A stretch of DNA of 64,000 nt from the human T2T-CHM13v2.0 reference genome, Homo sapiens. Within the stretch, counting starts at the first letter, position 1. Each line of letters starts with the position of its first letter. The DNA is taken from the NCBI RefSeq assembly GCF_009914755.1, contig NC_060947.1. The stretch is one strand, 5' to 3'. Below the pieces are notes generated by a model. It made no database searches, was not told where the DNA came from, and worked only from the letters and a program-made list of their open reading frames with translations. The position numbers and the translations under genes were made by a program. Positions 15,168 through 30,955 of this stretch are shown here, piece by piece.

Positions 15168-15512
15168 TCTTAGTTCATTCAGGCTGCTATAACAAAAATG
15201 CCATAAACTGTGTAGCTTATAAACAACAGATATTTCTTACAGTTCTGGAGGTCCAAGATCCAGGAGTCAGCAGATTTTATGTCTGTTGAAGGATCACTTG
15301 CTGCTTCACAGATGGTGGCTTTTTGCTATAGCCTCTTGTGATGGAAGGGAAGAACTCCAGTCTTTTTAGTTCCTTATACAGGCACTAATCTCATTCAAAA
15401 GGGCACTGCTTTTATGATCCAATGATCGTAGAAAGTTTTTTCTTGTAATACTACCATATTGAGGATTAGGTTAAAGCATATGCATTTTGGGGGGATAAAA
15501 ATATTCAAAGTG
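15168..15512 (-). mobile_element. MLT1A-like MaLR LTR
   Basis: TCTTAGTTCATTCAGGCTGCTATAACAAAA...ACAGTTCTGGAGG...TTTTGGGGGGATAAAAATATTCA. Confidence 0.8.
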
Positions 15513-15515
15513 TGG

Positions 15516-15862
15516 CAGGGTCCCAATCGTCTCTCTAAATGTTGGCCAACTGAGACTTCACATGTAGAAGTGTTTGCAGGGGGTGATGGGAGACAGCAAC
15601 AGATCATCAGGCATTAGATTGTCAAACTGAGTGTGCAATCTAGATCCCACGCATGCTTAGTTCACAATAAGACACATGCTCCTATGAGAATCTAATGTTA
15701 CCTCTGATCTGAGGAGGCAGAGCTCAGGCAGTAATGCAAGCTATGGGGAGAGGTTGTAAATACAGATGAAGCTTTGCGTGCTCACCCACGGATCACCTCC
15801 TGTTGCACAGCCCAATTTCTAGCAAGCTATGGACCAGTAATGGGGATTGGGGACCCCAGCTC
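15516..15862 (+). mobile_element. MER1A-like hAT DNA element (partial)
   Basis: CAGATCATCAGGCATTAGATT...CTCCTATGAGAATCTAATG...TTGGGGACCCC. Confidence 0.85.
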
Positions 15863-16207
15863 TACACCATTTATTACATAACTTTTCCAGGAGGGTGAGA
15901 AGCAGCACCACGTATTCAAGCACCAATGTTTTTTGTGAAAAATTATGTTCACATTCACATCAAGTGAGACAAAGAACAATAATATGATTTCATTGGCACT
16001 GGTTGTGTTTATTGCCAAATGAGATATTACTTAATTTTCAGCTTACAGATTTTTTTGAATGCAGTAATTGCAGATAATGAGTATGGATCTGCATCATACT
16101 GACTTAGGTACCAATATAGTTTGAATTTTATCCCCTTCCCCTCTCCTCCAAAGAAAAAAAAAAAGAAAAAAATATATATATAAATCCTAACCTCCAGTAT
16201 CTCATAA

Positions 16208-16700
<493 letters not shown>

Positions 16701-17107
16701 TCATCTGACATAAAGATAGATCTGCATAGAGGGAGAAGATCTGAAGACTTTACCAAATGAAGAGAGAGTTTTGGAATGATTCAGCTACAATTCAAAGGAT
16801 GTCAAAGTTTGTCAGCAAACCACCAGAAGCTAAGAAACAGAGAGAAGCAAGGAAGATTCTCCTCTACAGGTTTCAGAGGGAGGATGACCCCGCCAAAACT
16901 TCATTTTGGATTTCTAGCTTCCGAAACTAGAAAACTAATAAAAGATAATCTTTCTTTCAAATCTTCATCTCATTTTTTTCTTTCTTCCTCATTCACATTG
17001 TTATTACCTTAGTTCTGGCCCCCATTAATTCATGACTGGACTACCATACTAGCTTTGCAATAGTCTCCTGATTTTATATATTCATAACATCCTGTGCAGT
17101 CTCTTTG

Positions 17108-17138
<31 letters not shown>

Positions 17139-17529
17139 CTCTTCAATCCAGCTTGCACTCTGCAACAGGATTAATCTTCCTGTTACAAAGCACTGACTAA
17201 GCTATTCTCCTGATCAAATACCTTCTATCACTCACCATTGTCTAATGAACACATTCCAAACTCCATAAAGCATTTACTGCCTCTATAATTTAATCTCCCT
17301 TCTTTATTGCGGGATCCTTGGGTGAGAGCCCAACTGGATGGCTTACTTTTTCTATCACTTTCCCCAAATGTATGTGTGCTTTTTCTTTGTTTAAAAGACA
17401 AAGGCCCTAGGTCATGACTCTAAATATTCAAAGTATACCCATCCTTCAGGACCAAGTTCCAGCAGTATTTCTAGAATTTTTGTTTGTTTGTTTTTTCAGT
17501 AGAATGAAGCCTCATTTCTTCCCTTGTCT

Positions 17530-17700
17530 CATAAATAAAAGATTTTTAGCACTGATTATGAGCCAGACACTATTCAGAATTCTTTGCATTTATCAGGTAA
17601 ATTAACTTCACAATAATCTGTGAGATAAATTCTATTTGCACCCCAGTTTTACATATTTAGTAACTATGGCTCAGAAAAACTGAGTATCAAAGCCACATGG
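17530..17700 (+). mobile_element. MIR
   Basis: ACTTCACAATAATCTGTGAGATAAAT...CCCCAGTTTTACA...GGCTCAGA. Confidence 0.6.
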
Positions 17701-17704
17701 TTTC

Positions 17705-19105
17705 TTTAAATTTTATTTTATATTTATTCATTTTAACGTTTGTGGGTACATAGTAGGTGTATATATTTATGAAGTACATGAGATAGTTTGATAGAGGCAT
17801 GCAAAGGGTAATAATAGTCACATCAGAGTAAATGGGGCATCCATCATCTCACACGCTTATTCTTTGTGTCACAACCAATTCAATTACACTTTTAAATACT
17901 TTAAAATGCACAATTATTTTTCACTATAGCACCCATGTTGTGCTATCAAACACTAGGTCTTACACATTCTTTCTAGCTGTTGTTTTGTGCCCATTAACCA
18001 TCCCCACTTCCCTCCATCCCACCTCTACCCTTCCAAGCCTCTGGTAACCATCCTTCTACTCTTTGTCTCTGTGAGTTTAATTATTTTAATTTTTAGCTCC
18101 CCAAAATAAGTGAGAACATGTGAAGCTTGTCTTTCTGTGTCTGGCTTATTTCGCTTAACATAATGACCTCCAGTTCCATCCATGTTATTGCAAATGACAG
18201 GATCTCATTCATTTTTATAGCTGAATAGTACTCCATTGTGGGTGGGTACCACATTTTCCTTATTCATTCATCTGCTGATGGACACTTAGGTTGCTTCTAA
18301 ATCTTGGCTATTGTGAATGCTGCTGCAACAAACATAGGAGTGCAGATATCTCTTCAATACATTGATCTCCGTTCTTTGGAGTATATGCTCAGCAGTGGGA
18401 TTGCTGGATCATATGGTAGCTCAATTTTAATTTTTTGAGGAAGCTCCAAACTATTCTCCATAGTGGTTATACTACTTTACATTCCCACTAGCAGTGTCTG
18501 AGGGTTCCCTTTTCTCCACATCCTCACCAGCATTTGTTATTGCCTGTCTTTTGGATATAAGGTATATTAACTGGGGTGAGATGATGTCTCATTGTAGTTT
18601 TAATTGGCATTTCTCTGATGATCATTGATGCTGAGCACATTTTCATATGTGTGTTTGCACTTGTGTGTGTTCTTTTGAGAAATGTCTAGTCAAATCTTTT
18701 GCCCATTTTTCATCACATTATTAGATTTTGTCCTATACAGTTGTTTGAGCTCCTTACATATTCTGGTTATTAATCCTTTGTCTAATGGGTAGTTTTCAAA
18801 TATTTTCTCCCATTGTGTAGGTTAGCTCTTCACTTTGTTGATTGTATCCTTTGCCATGCAGAAGCTTTTTAACTTGATGTGATCTCATTTGCCCATTTTT
18901 GTTCTGGTTGCCTGTGCTTGTGGGATACTGCCTAAGAAAATTTTGCCCAGACCAATGTCCTGGAGATTTGCCTCAGAGTTTTATTGTAGTAGTTTCATAG
19001 TTTGAGATCTTAGATTTAAGTCTTTAATCCATTTTGATTTGATTTTTGTATATAGCAAGAGATGGGAGTCTAGTTTCATTATTCTGCATAGGGATATCCA
19101 GTTTT
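17705..19105 (-). mobile_element. L1MA-type LINE 3' 1.4 kb
   Basis: TTTGTGGGTACATAGTAGGTGTATATATTTATG 3' end and ORF2 C-terminal sequence on minus. Confidence 0.92.
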
Positions 19106-19365
19106 TAAGATTATGCAATCTTGCTAGCACATACACCAAGTACCAAGAACTGGATTCTACCTACTTAGGTTTCATTGTTAAAATATCTTTTCATTTATAG
19201 AAACCGATGAAAGAATCGTTTCCATGGTCTTTCCTTTCATCGTCCGCTCCCTACAACCTAATATAATTAAAAAGAAAAATTCAAAGTAGAGCAAAATCTA
19301 TCTACTTGAAAAAAGCCTTTTTATTTTTGCAACTGAGGAGACAAAAAGTACATTTCATATTTCCA

Positions 19366-20331
19366 TACATTAGAAATACACAGGTCTTTTCTATATATAC
19401 TAGAACCTACTATATATTTATATATTAACAAGTCTATTTTTATATTTTATATAGTAATATTTATATTCTATATATATATTATATATAATACATATATAAA
19501 CATGTATTTATCTTTATATATTACATATAATCATTTATTTTAGACGGTAAGGTTTTATGCTTGTTGAAGCATGGTTCCCAGACAAAGAGAAAGGAAATTA
19601 TCACTTTCAGAAGAATAAAGTACAAAATCATCACAATTCAATACCCAGCTGTCAATAATTGCAATGAGAGAATAATATAGCAGAACTTGCTATGTATAGA
19701 AAATACCTGTGTATTTCTTTTGTGTATATATGTAATCTACATTTATATATAATTATATAAATGCACAGGTCTTTTCTATATATAGTAGAATTTACTACTG
19801 TATTCCTAATGTGTGTATATATATAAAATCTATATTTATAAATATTTATATAAATACACAGATTTTTATATGAACACACAGGTCTTTATACAGAAAAGAT
19901 CGGTGTATTTCTAATGTGTATATATATATAATTTATATTTATCCCTAGATATTTATATACATATAATCTCTATATATTTGTATATTTATGTATTTATATA
20001 TCTATTTAATATATTTATATAAATAGATCTCAGATATAGATTTTGTATATATTTATATTCTATATAAATATTTAAAGACATCTATAAAATATATAAACAT
20101 ATTTATATTTATATATAAATGCATAAATATATAATGTATAAATATAAATATATATTATATATAAAATATCTATTCTATATGTGATCATTTATTTTAGAAG
20201 GTAAGCTGTTAGTATTGTTGAAGCATGCTTCTCAGGCAAAAGGAGAAAGGAAATTATCATTTTAAGAAGAATAAAGTACAAAATTATCACGATTTAATTT
20301 CCAGTTGTTAATAATTACGCAGACAGAATAA
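19366..20331. repeat. AT-rich compound region with direct and inverted duplications
   Basis: ~147-bp direct copies at 19530-19675 and 20184-20331; ACACAGGTCTTTTCTATA motif repeated in both orientations. Confidence 0.85.
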
Positions 20332-22237
20332 CTCATGCCATTTAATCTTACAATGAATAGCACGTTAAACTTTTATGTGATTCTGAAAATACGAATTTCC
20401 ATATAATAAGGGTTTGAGATGTAAAGCACTAATTTTATAGGCAGTTTTCACTTGTTACATAGATTGTTCTTAGAGCTTTAAAGATGGTAAAATTAATGGT
20501 GGCTTTGAAGAGATGGTAGCATCATTTGAGAAACAATAAATGGGTTCTGTTTCATCCTTTCCTTGGTGCAGTCAGGGCTTCACTTCATTAGCTTAGGAAG
20601 GGATTTCAGAGCTTTTCATGTTGATCTTGTAGTTGCCTACTATGGAATCCTACGAAACCTAGGACGCTATACCACAGAAACAGGGCGTTGCCCCATGTCC
20701 TGAACACCATCATTTTGTGGTATATTTCTTTTGTATTTCTTATATTGAAATACCATAAAAGGATGAGCATGCTTGGTATAACTCAAAGCCTGTTTATTTG
20801 CAAGGCTGTGTTGACCCTTAACAATAAATATGTGTATGTTATGGATGGGAAACAAGTCAGAATGAAAAGCTCCTGCTGTCTTTTAGGAAAGCCTATTGGC
20901 TGTGGTTGTATATCTCTTTCCAAAGGGAAATTGGTGAACTCTCTGCTATAGTTTTTTCCATAATGACAGCATAAAACTGAAATAAGCTGAATCTTGTCAG
21001 TGGCCACTTTTGGGTTTGGTGTATATTAGGGAGCAATTCTGCAGTGTGTTTCAAAATTACATTCAAAAATTAATTTCGTGCACCTTATTTTAATGCCTTA
21101 TTTCCCTCAAGCTCTGCATGTCACAACAGTCTGTGATGATTCTTTTGGCATTGAAAAAATTATCCATGGCTCTTACATCGTGTTCCTTTCATGATTTCAT
21201 GGCAGTTGGAGCTTCAATTGTTATTTGTTGGGAACCCATCCTGACTAGCTATTTCACTGGGGCTTCATGTTTTATTGTGATGATTGGCAGAACTGTGTTT
21301 CAGGAATTTTTGGCTTTGGAAAGTTACTATGATTTTGAAATTATAGATGCAAAAATGTCACTGAATTTATTTTCACAAACTTTTAATTCATTATAGACAA
21401 TAAGTGGTTTAATCAGAAATCAATAATTTAAATAATCTTTTAATTTGTTGGAGCATTCACAAATACTACATCTTCCTTTAAGTCTTTCTTTATTCTACAT
21501 GTTATATACACAGTTAAATTAATAAATAAGAGTTTTAAATATTTTCCCTCCTTCTCCAACTACCCACAAGCTCAGGCTTAAAATAAACAGTGGAATGAGT
21601 AAAGACCCAAAGTAATATAGCAGCAAAGCTGTAGTTGATTTTTATAATAAAATAATAGATATCAAAGCTTCCTGACGTTTTTAGGCAAATCTTCCTGTGT
21701 CCCTAAAAGGAGGATCCCCTTGACAACAGTCATGAACAACAGCTGATCTTGAGATTCTCAGCTGTCAAAGACGGTGGGAGAATTTGAAAACACCTTGTAC
21801 ATATTAAAGAGCTAAGCATGAGCTGATGCATACATACATATGTCTCTGTCTCATTAGACCGCAGGAAACAGGACACATGGCAGGAAGGCTCACGTCGATT
21901 CCCCTTGACCATGCAGCTTCCTCCGCTCCTGACTCCTAAGAACTTTCTGACCTATTGGTCATTCCCAGCTTCAGATCCCCACGCATACCGATTGTTTTTG
22001 GCCCCACGTCAGTGATACACAGGACACAGAATTGCTCTCAAAAAACACTCTGGAATTGAAAAATGACAGGAGAAGCTCAACGCGATGGCTGGGTACCAGA
22101 GGGAAGGCCTTCCGCTGTTTTGAACACTGATGCTAAGCTCTAGAATAACTGTAGCTGCAGCCTATTGGACCTGGCATGTGTCAGGCAGGGTGTGAAATGC
22201 TCCCCAAGCACGACCTCATTTCTCCCTCACGTTACCC

Positions 22238-22728
22238 CTGTGGATTAATCGGGGCTCTAGAGAGACACCACCAACAGGTTATCAGCAAAGATAGATGAGA
22301 GGGGATTTATTAGGGGAATTAGAGGGTGAAAAGTCTCAGGGCAGGCTTTCTGCAAGCTGGAGCCCCTGGGATGCCAGGAGTGTGACTCAGTCCATACCCA
22401 AAAACTTCAGAACCAGGTAAGTGGATAGTGTAACTCTCAGTATAAAAAGAGCCTGAAGTTCTGATGTCCAAGGGCAGGAAAAGAAGAGTCTCAGCTCCAG
22501 GAGAGAAAGGGAGGAAAGTGCCTTTCCTCTGCCCTGTTTCTTCTATCTGGGCCCTCAGAGAATTGGATGGGGCCTGTTTCTATTGAAGACATCTTCCCCA
22601 CTCCGTCCAGCAGCTCACACCAATCTTCATGGGAGTATCTGCACAGGCTCACCTAGAAACAATGCTTTACCAATTCCTGATGTATTCCTTAAGGCAGTCA
22701 CCTTGACAGTGAAATTATCCATCACACC
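22238..22728. mobile_element. MLT2-type ERVL LTR
   Basis: GGATTTATTAGGGGAATT...TCTGCAAGCTGGAG...TTGACAGTGAAATTATCCATCACA. Confidence 0.8.
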
Positions 22729-23869
22729 CTGTAAAATGAGGAGTGTCCCCACTGGACAAATGAGACAGACAGTTTGAGTAACTTTCTTATACTGCTTGTA
22801 GGTTATAGAGTCAGGATTAAAACTCAGGTCTGCAAAGATCAAATTCTAAACTCCACCCTCTTAAGGACTGCTGCTCAACACTGTGGAAGCAGTACTGCAT
22901 TAGACACTGCACAAGGATTGAAGAGGCATTCGAGACACATCCCCTGCTTTAGGGACCACATCCTAGCTTGCATTCATGACAGGAGTCATGTTTCTGTGAC
23001 TCTACTATAGACCCCGGAACCAAGTGTGAATTGGTACGCTTTAGGTGTGCATACGCTCTGCAGAAATCCTAAGAAAGAGCCAGATAATTATAGGCTCAAT
23101 TCATATAGGGAAATTTTTACGAAAATAGCTTTTAGCCAATTCCTGAAAGAAAATATTTTTACTGGCAGAAAAATGTTCTGCTGGAGAATAACTAGTTGAA
23201 GGGCTTTGGGGGAAGGGGCCCTGGACATATGTACACAGAAGTAGGGGAAAAAGACACACAGAATAGAAACAGAATTGAGGACCCTTCAGGGAGAGAAGTA
23301 AGGAAAAGTGCTAGCCCAGCAAGCTGATAAAAATATATCTGCCCTGTATTTAAAGTTAATTCCATCTCTTGATTTTTTTTCATATTATTCATTTTATTAT
23401 ATTTGTTAGTATAGTATTATCCATCTTATTGTCCCATATATTATGGCATTTCCCCCTATATGTGAATATATTACCACATAGAAGGAAATGACCTCATTTT
23501 CCTAATACATAATTAGACACATGAGTTTATTCCTTTACAAGCAAAAATGTGTCTCCTCCATTACGTATTAAAATGAATAAAACCATATAATATTCCAGAG
23601 TTGAATCTTGTAGCTCAATACTTGGACAGAAATGTTGCTAATTTGCACATTTTATGTGGTACTGATGACTCCCACATTAAGGAGTGTTTTTATTGTCTGC
23701 TTGGTCAGAGACCTCAGTGTTTTGATGAAAGTTCATTCTTAGGAGGCCACTGTCATCAAATCAACTTTGCATATAGAAAACTTATGAAAACACAAACCAT
23801 TCTGTCCTCACAACTTCTGTTCACAACATTGGTGAATGGAGTCACACCTGCATGCTCATAGTTTATCAC

Positions 23870-24182
23870 CACAAACTATGAAACTACTAAAAGAAAACTG
23901 TGGGGAAATGCTTGAGGACACTAGTCTGGGCAAAGATTTTTTGAGTAAGACTTCCAAAGCACAGGCAGTAAAAGCAAAGTCAACAAATGGAAAAACATGA
24001 AGCTCAACAGCTTCTGCATGGTAAAAAAAAAAAAAAAAAATCAACGAAGAGACAACCTAAAGAATGGAAGAAAATATTTGCAAACTATACATCTGACAAG
24101 AGATTAAGAACCAGAATATATATATATATATAATATCATATATATATATATATATATATAATGAGCTCAAACAACTCAGTAG
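23870..24182 (+). mobile_element. L1 ORF2 fragment with internal (TA)n, followed by (CAT)n at 24183-24208
   Basis: AAACTATGAAACTACTAAAAGAAAAC...GAAAATATTTGCAAACTAT. Confidence 0.85.
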
Positions 24183-25499
24183 CATCATCATCATCATCAT
24201 CATCATCACCTGTGTGTAGACAACTGAATCAGGCTCCGTGGCTCCTGGAAACTGGAAATGTTCACATAAAGGCAGAGAAAACCCTTCCAGAATATTTCTA
24301 CACTATTTCCTACACGAATCACTCGAGAACCATTTCCAAAAGCAATAAAGTATATCTGGCCAACCCATGCTCAGCACCATGCTCTTGCAGAATTTTGACT
24401 TTGCCTTTTTGATACTGACCTTTGATTTTTTAAAATAATTGTTTTGTCCTTTTGCTTCAGAAATTTACAAAGCAAACAGAAAACATTATTTAGGAATGAC
24501 TGACTCTGTATTACTGAATCAATTATTAAATTTTGCTGAATGATTGATCTTGGAAAATAGAGATGTAACTACTTCTTGATGTCAACTGTAATTCAAATCT
24601 CATCTCGGTAAAGAATTAATGAAATGCTTAGCCAGGCATGGCCAATGGAATTAGAACTAGCCCAGTCTTGCCATAACTTTCTGCTTCCTTACCATCCTGA
24701 GTTTCAGTGGGCAACAGATTCATTTTTGGAGATTACTATGGAAATCTCTGCAACAGTTTTTCCACTCATAACTTAAGGCGTTCATAATTATTGCAGAAGT
24801 TTCTCAGTCTCTCCATGTGAAATTTCTCTTAGCTATTGGATTTTAGATATTTCACAGTTCCTTTTGTGCTTTTAAACACACAAGCCCAATTCTGCTTCTT
24901 TAAGTGGTTTTGTGTTCCAGTCGCCTGCTCAGAATATGCCTGTTTAATCCTCCTCCTATAGTGATTGATCTGTTTACACTATACTATACTAGACTGGGGA
25001 AGTTTTCAAGTTGATTTGAGCTTTTTAGGATGTAGACAGCAGCTAAATTCATGACAAAAATGAGATGCTACCTTAAAAAGTCTGTCCAAATGTACCAAAG
25101 GTACTTGCTGTATGAGGCATCATAACTTCCTGTGAAAATGAAAGCTATGCACTTTTTGAATTAAAAACAATGGTGCACAGATATACATACACTCCTGAGC
25201 ATGCATCAGGTGTGCCGCACACATTCACACACACGCCTCCTCCCCCCCACACACACATTATCTTAGAGTGTGCCTTGGCATCCTTCTTCACATAGACATA
25301 GGACATTGTTGAAGAGACCCAGCTCTGTGTGGTCAGTCTGTGTGCCCAGCATCACCTTTGTCCCTCCACAGCTATGTGCCCACTTTGTGTGGTCTTTATA
25401 TTTTTCTGAAGAAGACTCAGGTTACTCATTCACTTTATTTGTGTACACACTTCAAAAAATATATATTATAACATTTCTATAATATCCAATAAAAGGATG

Positions 25500-26330
25500 A
25501 AATTAGAGGATGTGACTTCTGACCCAATAAAGGACAAAATAAAATGGTAATAATCAAGCTAAAATAAAACAAACACAAACAAGATAGACAGAATAAAAGT
25601 GATATGAACAGCAAGTATACTAACAGAAAGTACAATATAAGATGATAGAAATGAGTCCACAAACACAATGGATACAAACAGATTAAACTCTATAATGAAA
25701 AGATAAAGACACAAAAGGTTTGAAAAGAAGATGATGGAAAACCAAACACCAAATATATGTTAACCCAAGGAAAAGAGGCTTAACTGTATCAACATCAGAT
25801 AAATTAAATATTAATGCTAAAGTCATCCTTATGGATAAAACAGTCATCCATTTGAGAAAATCTGTTAAGTTCTCAGATAGCTATAACAATTTAAATCTAT
25901 ATGCATCTAATTAAATGGCATTTATATATAATATACATAAAAGAAAAATTAACAGAATGAAAATAGAAATGAACAAATCCGCCATTATACTGGGATAATT
26001 CAGCATATACTCACCAGCTGTGAGAATGGTCTATGACTGGCATAGAGATCAAACTAATATAAATATAAAAGATTTAACAGTTTAATAAGCTCCTTGTAAT
26101 GGACATATATAGAAAACTACATGAAATAATTGGAGAACACGTTCTTTTCAAGCGTTCCAGAAAATTTTCTAAAACTTGGTTACCCACTTGACATAAAGTA
26201 TGTCTTCTCAAATTTCAAAGAATCTGAAATTTTCTAACTATAATACAAAAATTAAAAAGTTAATGCCTAAAGAAAACCTTCAATGGCCCTGTATATTTAA
26301 AAATGTAAAAAGACACACAAAGATCACTAT
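25500..26330 (+). mobile_element. Ancient L1M ORF2 (endonuclease region) fragment
   Basis: A-rich with TTAAATCTATATGCATCTAAT and ACACGTTCTTTTCAAGCG motifs. Confidence 0.65.
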
Positions 26331-26532
26331 GAGTTAAAAGAAAAATCATAATAAAAATAAAACTGTGTCTAGGAGAGTTTGATAATAATAACAAACTCCC
26401 TTTACTCCATTCATAATTTAAGGCTTTTATAATTATTGCAGAAGTTGACAAAGTACATATTTAAAAGAAAAATTTTACCTTTAATTTTTATGCATGGATC
26501 TTATTTGGGCCATAAGCCAAGCACATGAATAT

Positions 26533-26537
<5 letters not shown>

Positions 26538-26581
<44 letters not shown>
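26538..26581. repeat. (GT)n microsatellite
   Basis: About 22 uninterrupted GT units. Confidence 0.98.
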
Positions 26582-26582
<1 letters not shown>

Positions 26583-26699
26583 ATCTGTATATATACAAGA
26601 TATTCTACTCTGGGGCAGGCAGAAATGTCTAGGAGTTGGGATGAAATGGAATTGGCCATGAGTTGATGACTGCGGAAGCTTGGAGAAGGTCTGTAGCTG

Positions 26700-27270
26700 T
26701 TTCTTGGACCATTCTCTCCCTCTCATCCTTCACCCCAACGAGTCCTGTATCTAGTCCCATATAACAACACCACACACTGAGACAAATATTTTTGTCAGCT
26801 TCTTACCTACACGTTGAGATGACTTTATACATTTACAAGAAACAAGTAAAGGCATATATGTATTTTCCTTTGTTCACATAATATATAGTATATCGTACAC
26901 GTCCATTTACAACCCACTTTTTTCACCTAACATCATATCTCAGAAAGTCTTCCTTATCATTTGATTGTAGTGGCATTCCCACCATTTGGACACACAGTAT
27001 TTTATTGAATCCTTCCTCTCCTGAGGAACATCTAGGGTGTTTGTAACTCTGTGCGAAGGCTAGGACTGCCGTGAACAAAACTGTGCATCCGCCACGTCAT
27101 CCATGGGCAAGTGTCTCTGCAGGAAACATTCTCAAAAATGGAACAGCTGGGAGAGCTGGGTCCCATATCTGATCATTAATACATTTTTATTACTGGTAGA
27201 TGTTACCAAATATTTCTCCTCGGGGATTGTACCAATTTATACTTGTACCAGAAGTGTGCAGGAGTTATTT
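26700..27270 (-). mobile_element. Ancient L1ME-type 3' fragment
   Basis: CTGAGGAACATCTAGGGTGTTT...TTGTACCAATTTATACTTGTACCAG. Confidence 0.55.
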
Positions 27271-27709
27271 GCAATACTTTAATAACCCAGTGCCTTTGCC
27301 TCCTTTGCCTGGAATATGCATCCTACCCTCATCAGATGCCATCCTCTGGGAGATGATTTAAGAGGGATGCCTTCCAAGACAATACCTCCTGGGCTGCACT
27401 AGGAGACAGACACGTGCCCCTAGGGGTCCCGCAAATGCATGTCTCACAACACTTCTCACACTGCATTGTGATTGCCAGGGTTCTTCATTTTCTCAAGCTC
27501 CAGAATACCAGTTCTGTCTTATTTGTCTTCTTTCACCTGTACTTCCTACCATGCCGGACCCACAGGAAGCTATTGTAATGTTTGTAACATGAATCTTTAA
27601 AAATGGGCTGAGGTCTCTATGGATTACATATACTTCCTAAATCAATTTCCAAATACAAAAAAAAATTCAAGCAAGAAATAAAAAGCACATGTTTTAAAAG
27701 AGCATTACA

Positions 27710-28318
27710 GTGTGGAGATTCCTTGAAGAACTAAAAGTAGAACTACCATTTGATCGAGCAATCCCACTACTGGGTATCTACCCAGAGGAAAAGAAATCAT
27801 TATACGAAAAAGATACTTGCACACCCATGTTTATAGCAGCACAATTCGCAATTGCAAAAACATGGAACCAACCCTAATGCCCATCAATCAACGAGTAGAT
27901 AAAGAAACTGTTGTATATATACACAATGGAAAACTACTCAGCTATAGAAAGGAATGAATTAATGGCGTTTGCAACAACCTGGATGAGACTGCAGACTATT
28001 ATTCTAAGTGAAGTAACTCAGGAATGGAAAACCAAACATCACATGTTCTCACTTGTAAGTGGGAACTAAGCTATGAGGATACAAAGGCATAAGAGTGACA
28101 CAATGGACTTTGGGGACTTAGGGGGAAAGGGTGAAAAGAGGGTGAGGGATAAAAGACTACAAATAGGGTTCAGTGTATACTGCTCGGGTGATGGGTGCAC
28201 CAAAATCTCAAAATCTCAAAAAAGTAAAGAACTTTCTTGTGTTACCAAATACCATGTGACCAAACACTACCTGCTCCCCAATAACCTATAGAAATAAAAA
28301 AATTAAAATAAATGTAAC
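27710..28318 (+). mobile_element. 5'-truncated L1PB 3' end
   Basis: GTGTGGAGATTCCTTGAAGAACTAAAAGTAGAACTACC...CCCCAATAACCTATAGAAATAAAA; TSD AAAAGAGCATTACA / AAAAAAGCATTACA. Confidence 0.9.
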
Positions 28319-28660
28319 AAAAAAGCATTACAAAATCAAATTCAGAAAAAGAGATATGAACATAAAAATGACCCCAAAATAGCAACTTTCAAATTTTGAA
28401 CACAAATAAGGATGGAGCTATTTTGTTTGTTTAAGTGCCTATAGAAATTGTATTATAACCAAACAGGCTTTTGTAGTCATTTGTAGAAAAATAAGTACAA
28501 CATAAAGTGAATACAGTAATAAAGAAAGTTGTATATCTGTTATAAATAAACATATAGATTTTTCATATATGTCTATAGGGCAATGTCCATCATTCTGGAG
28601 AAGTCGTATGGAGCTGTTTAGTACATTTTAACTAATGTTCCTTAAAAAAAAAAAAAAAGA

Positions 28661-29016
<356 letters not shown>

Positions 29017-29087
29017 TCACTCAATATCTCCGCAAATATTTATGGTGGCCTTTTTTTTTTTTTTTTTTTTTTTTGTAAAGGACTATG

Positions 29088-29244
29088 CTGGGCCAACATG
29101 GTGGCTCATTCCTTGTAGTCCCAGCAATTTGGGAGGCCAAGTGGGAGAATCACTGGAGCCAGGAGTTGGAAACTAGCCTGGGCAACATAGTGAGATCATG
29201 TCTCTACTAAAAATAATAGCTAAATTTCAAAAACATATTTTAAA
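29088..29244 (+). mobile_element. Alu monomer (FLAM_C-like)
   Basis: Single arm flanked by repeated AAAGGACTATG (TSD). Confidence 0.8.
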
Positions 29245-30507
29245 AAAGGACTATGTTAGTGCTATAAGGTATCCAAAATTTATCTGATAAAAATTCCAGG
29301 CTCTGTAAATTTATAGAAGAGGGGAAGATAATTTTCTTTTATCAGTAAATTATATCATTGTACTTAAAATGTTTTTCATTGGCTTTGATTTTAAGAAATG
29401 TAAGGAAAACAAAATGGTTTACATTAATCATATATTGTATATATTCATATGCAAATATTTACAATATGTATTTAAATGTATATGTGATATATTATTCAAT
29501 CTTGTTTGTGGATTTAGAAAAAAAAAGAGATTGATACATTTTAAGAAAACTTCCCTGTATGAAAAAAATTTCTGGAAACCGTAAGTGTGAGCTATCTACA
29601 TTAGTGTTTCTGTGTTTGGCAAAACAGTATTACAGCCCAAACGGGAATGGTTGAGGACAGATAACTTGGCCAAATCACCCTGGCTAGAAAAGTGAGGAGA
29701 TTGCATCAAACTCACTCCGAAAGCCAATCAAAGAATAACTTGAAACCGCTTTCAGTCACTTGGACTTTGCTTCCTGGTCCTTAGTGGCAGCTAATGAGGT
29801 TTAGAAATAAGCACATGTATCTGTCTATACTGAAGGGAAGAAAATAAATCTACTATGGCACCAGTTCAAAACACTGCATGAGCAGTCGAGAGAAACAATT
29901 TACCAGAACATGCTTAATGGTAAATCAGAAATGACATGTATGAAAACATGGGGCTGCAACTTGAAAATATTGGAAAATGAGTCATCTAAATTTGCAGAAC
30001 CAATCAGATCTTGGACTGATACACTTTGTAAGTTGCAACTGCTGGATACCATGTAGCTATGTGATCAAGAGCATCTGTAATGATGAATGCTTCATGTTCA
30101 CACAGCTTTAAATGCCTGATTTCTGAAATGATCAATCATTTATTAGCTGTAAGGTAAGGGCAATGACATATGCAATCTTCTCCTGTGCTTAGAGATGTTA
30201 AAATTCATTTATGGTACTACAAAGATAAGAACATGCAATAAAAGTTCTAAACTATGTAATAAAATCCAAGGTAGGATTTTATGGATTATGTATTAGTAAT
30301 GATATTTTAAGAGAATATTAACATTTTGTTAAGCAAATATATTAATATATTAATTATTCAATAATTTTAATTATGATTAATTTTATCATAAGCATTTTCT
30401 TTTCTATTTACACATAAGACACTTACAAATTCAAATAATAAAAAAAGATGTTTTTAAACTGTACTCAGGAATAGACAGACATATGTTTTAAATAAAGAGA
30501 GTCTATT

Positions 30508-30955
<448 letters not shown>

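Noticed and set aside
20330-21420. Repeat-free stretch that might be a conserved enhancer or exon
   Set aside because: No supportable ORF, splice pattern or motif cluster from sequence alone; needs a conservation track.
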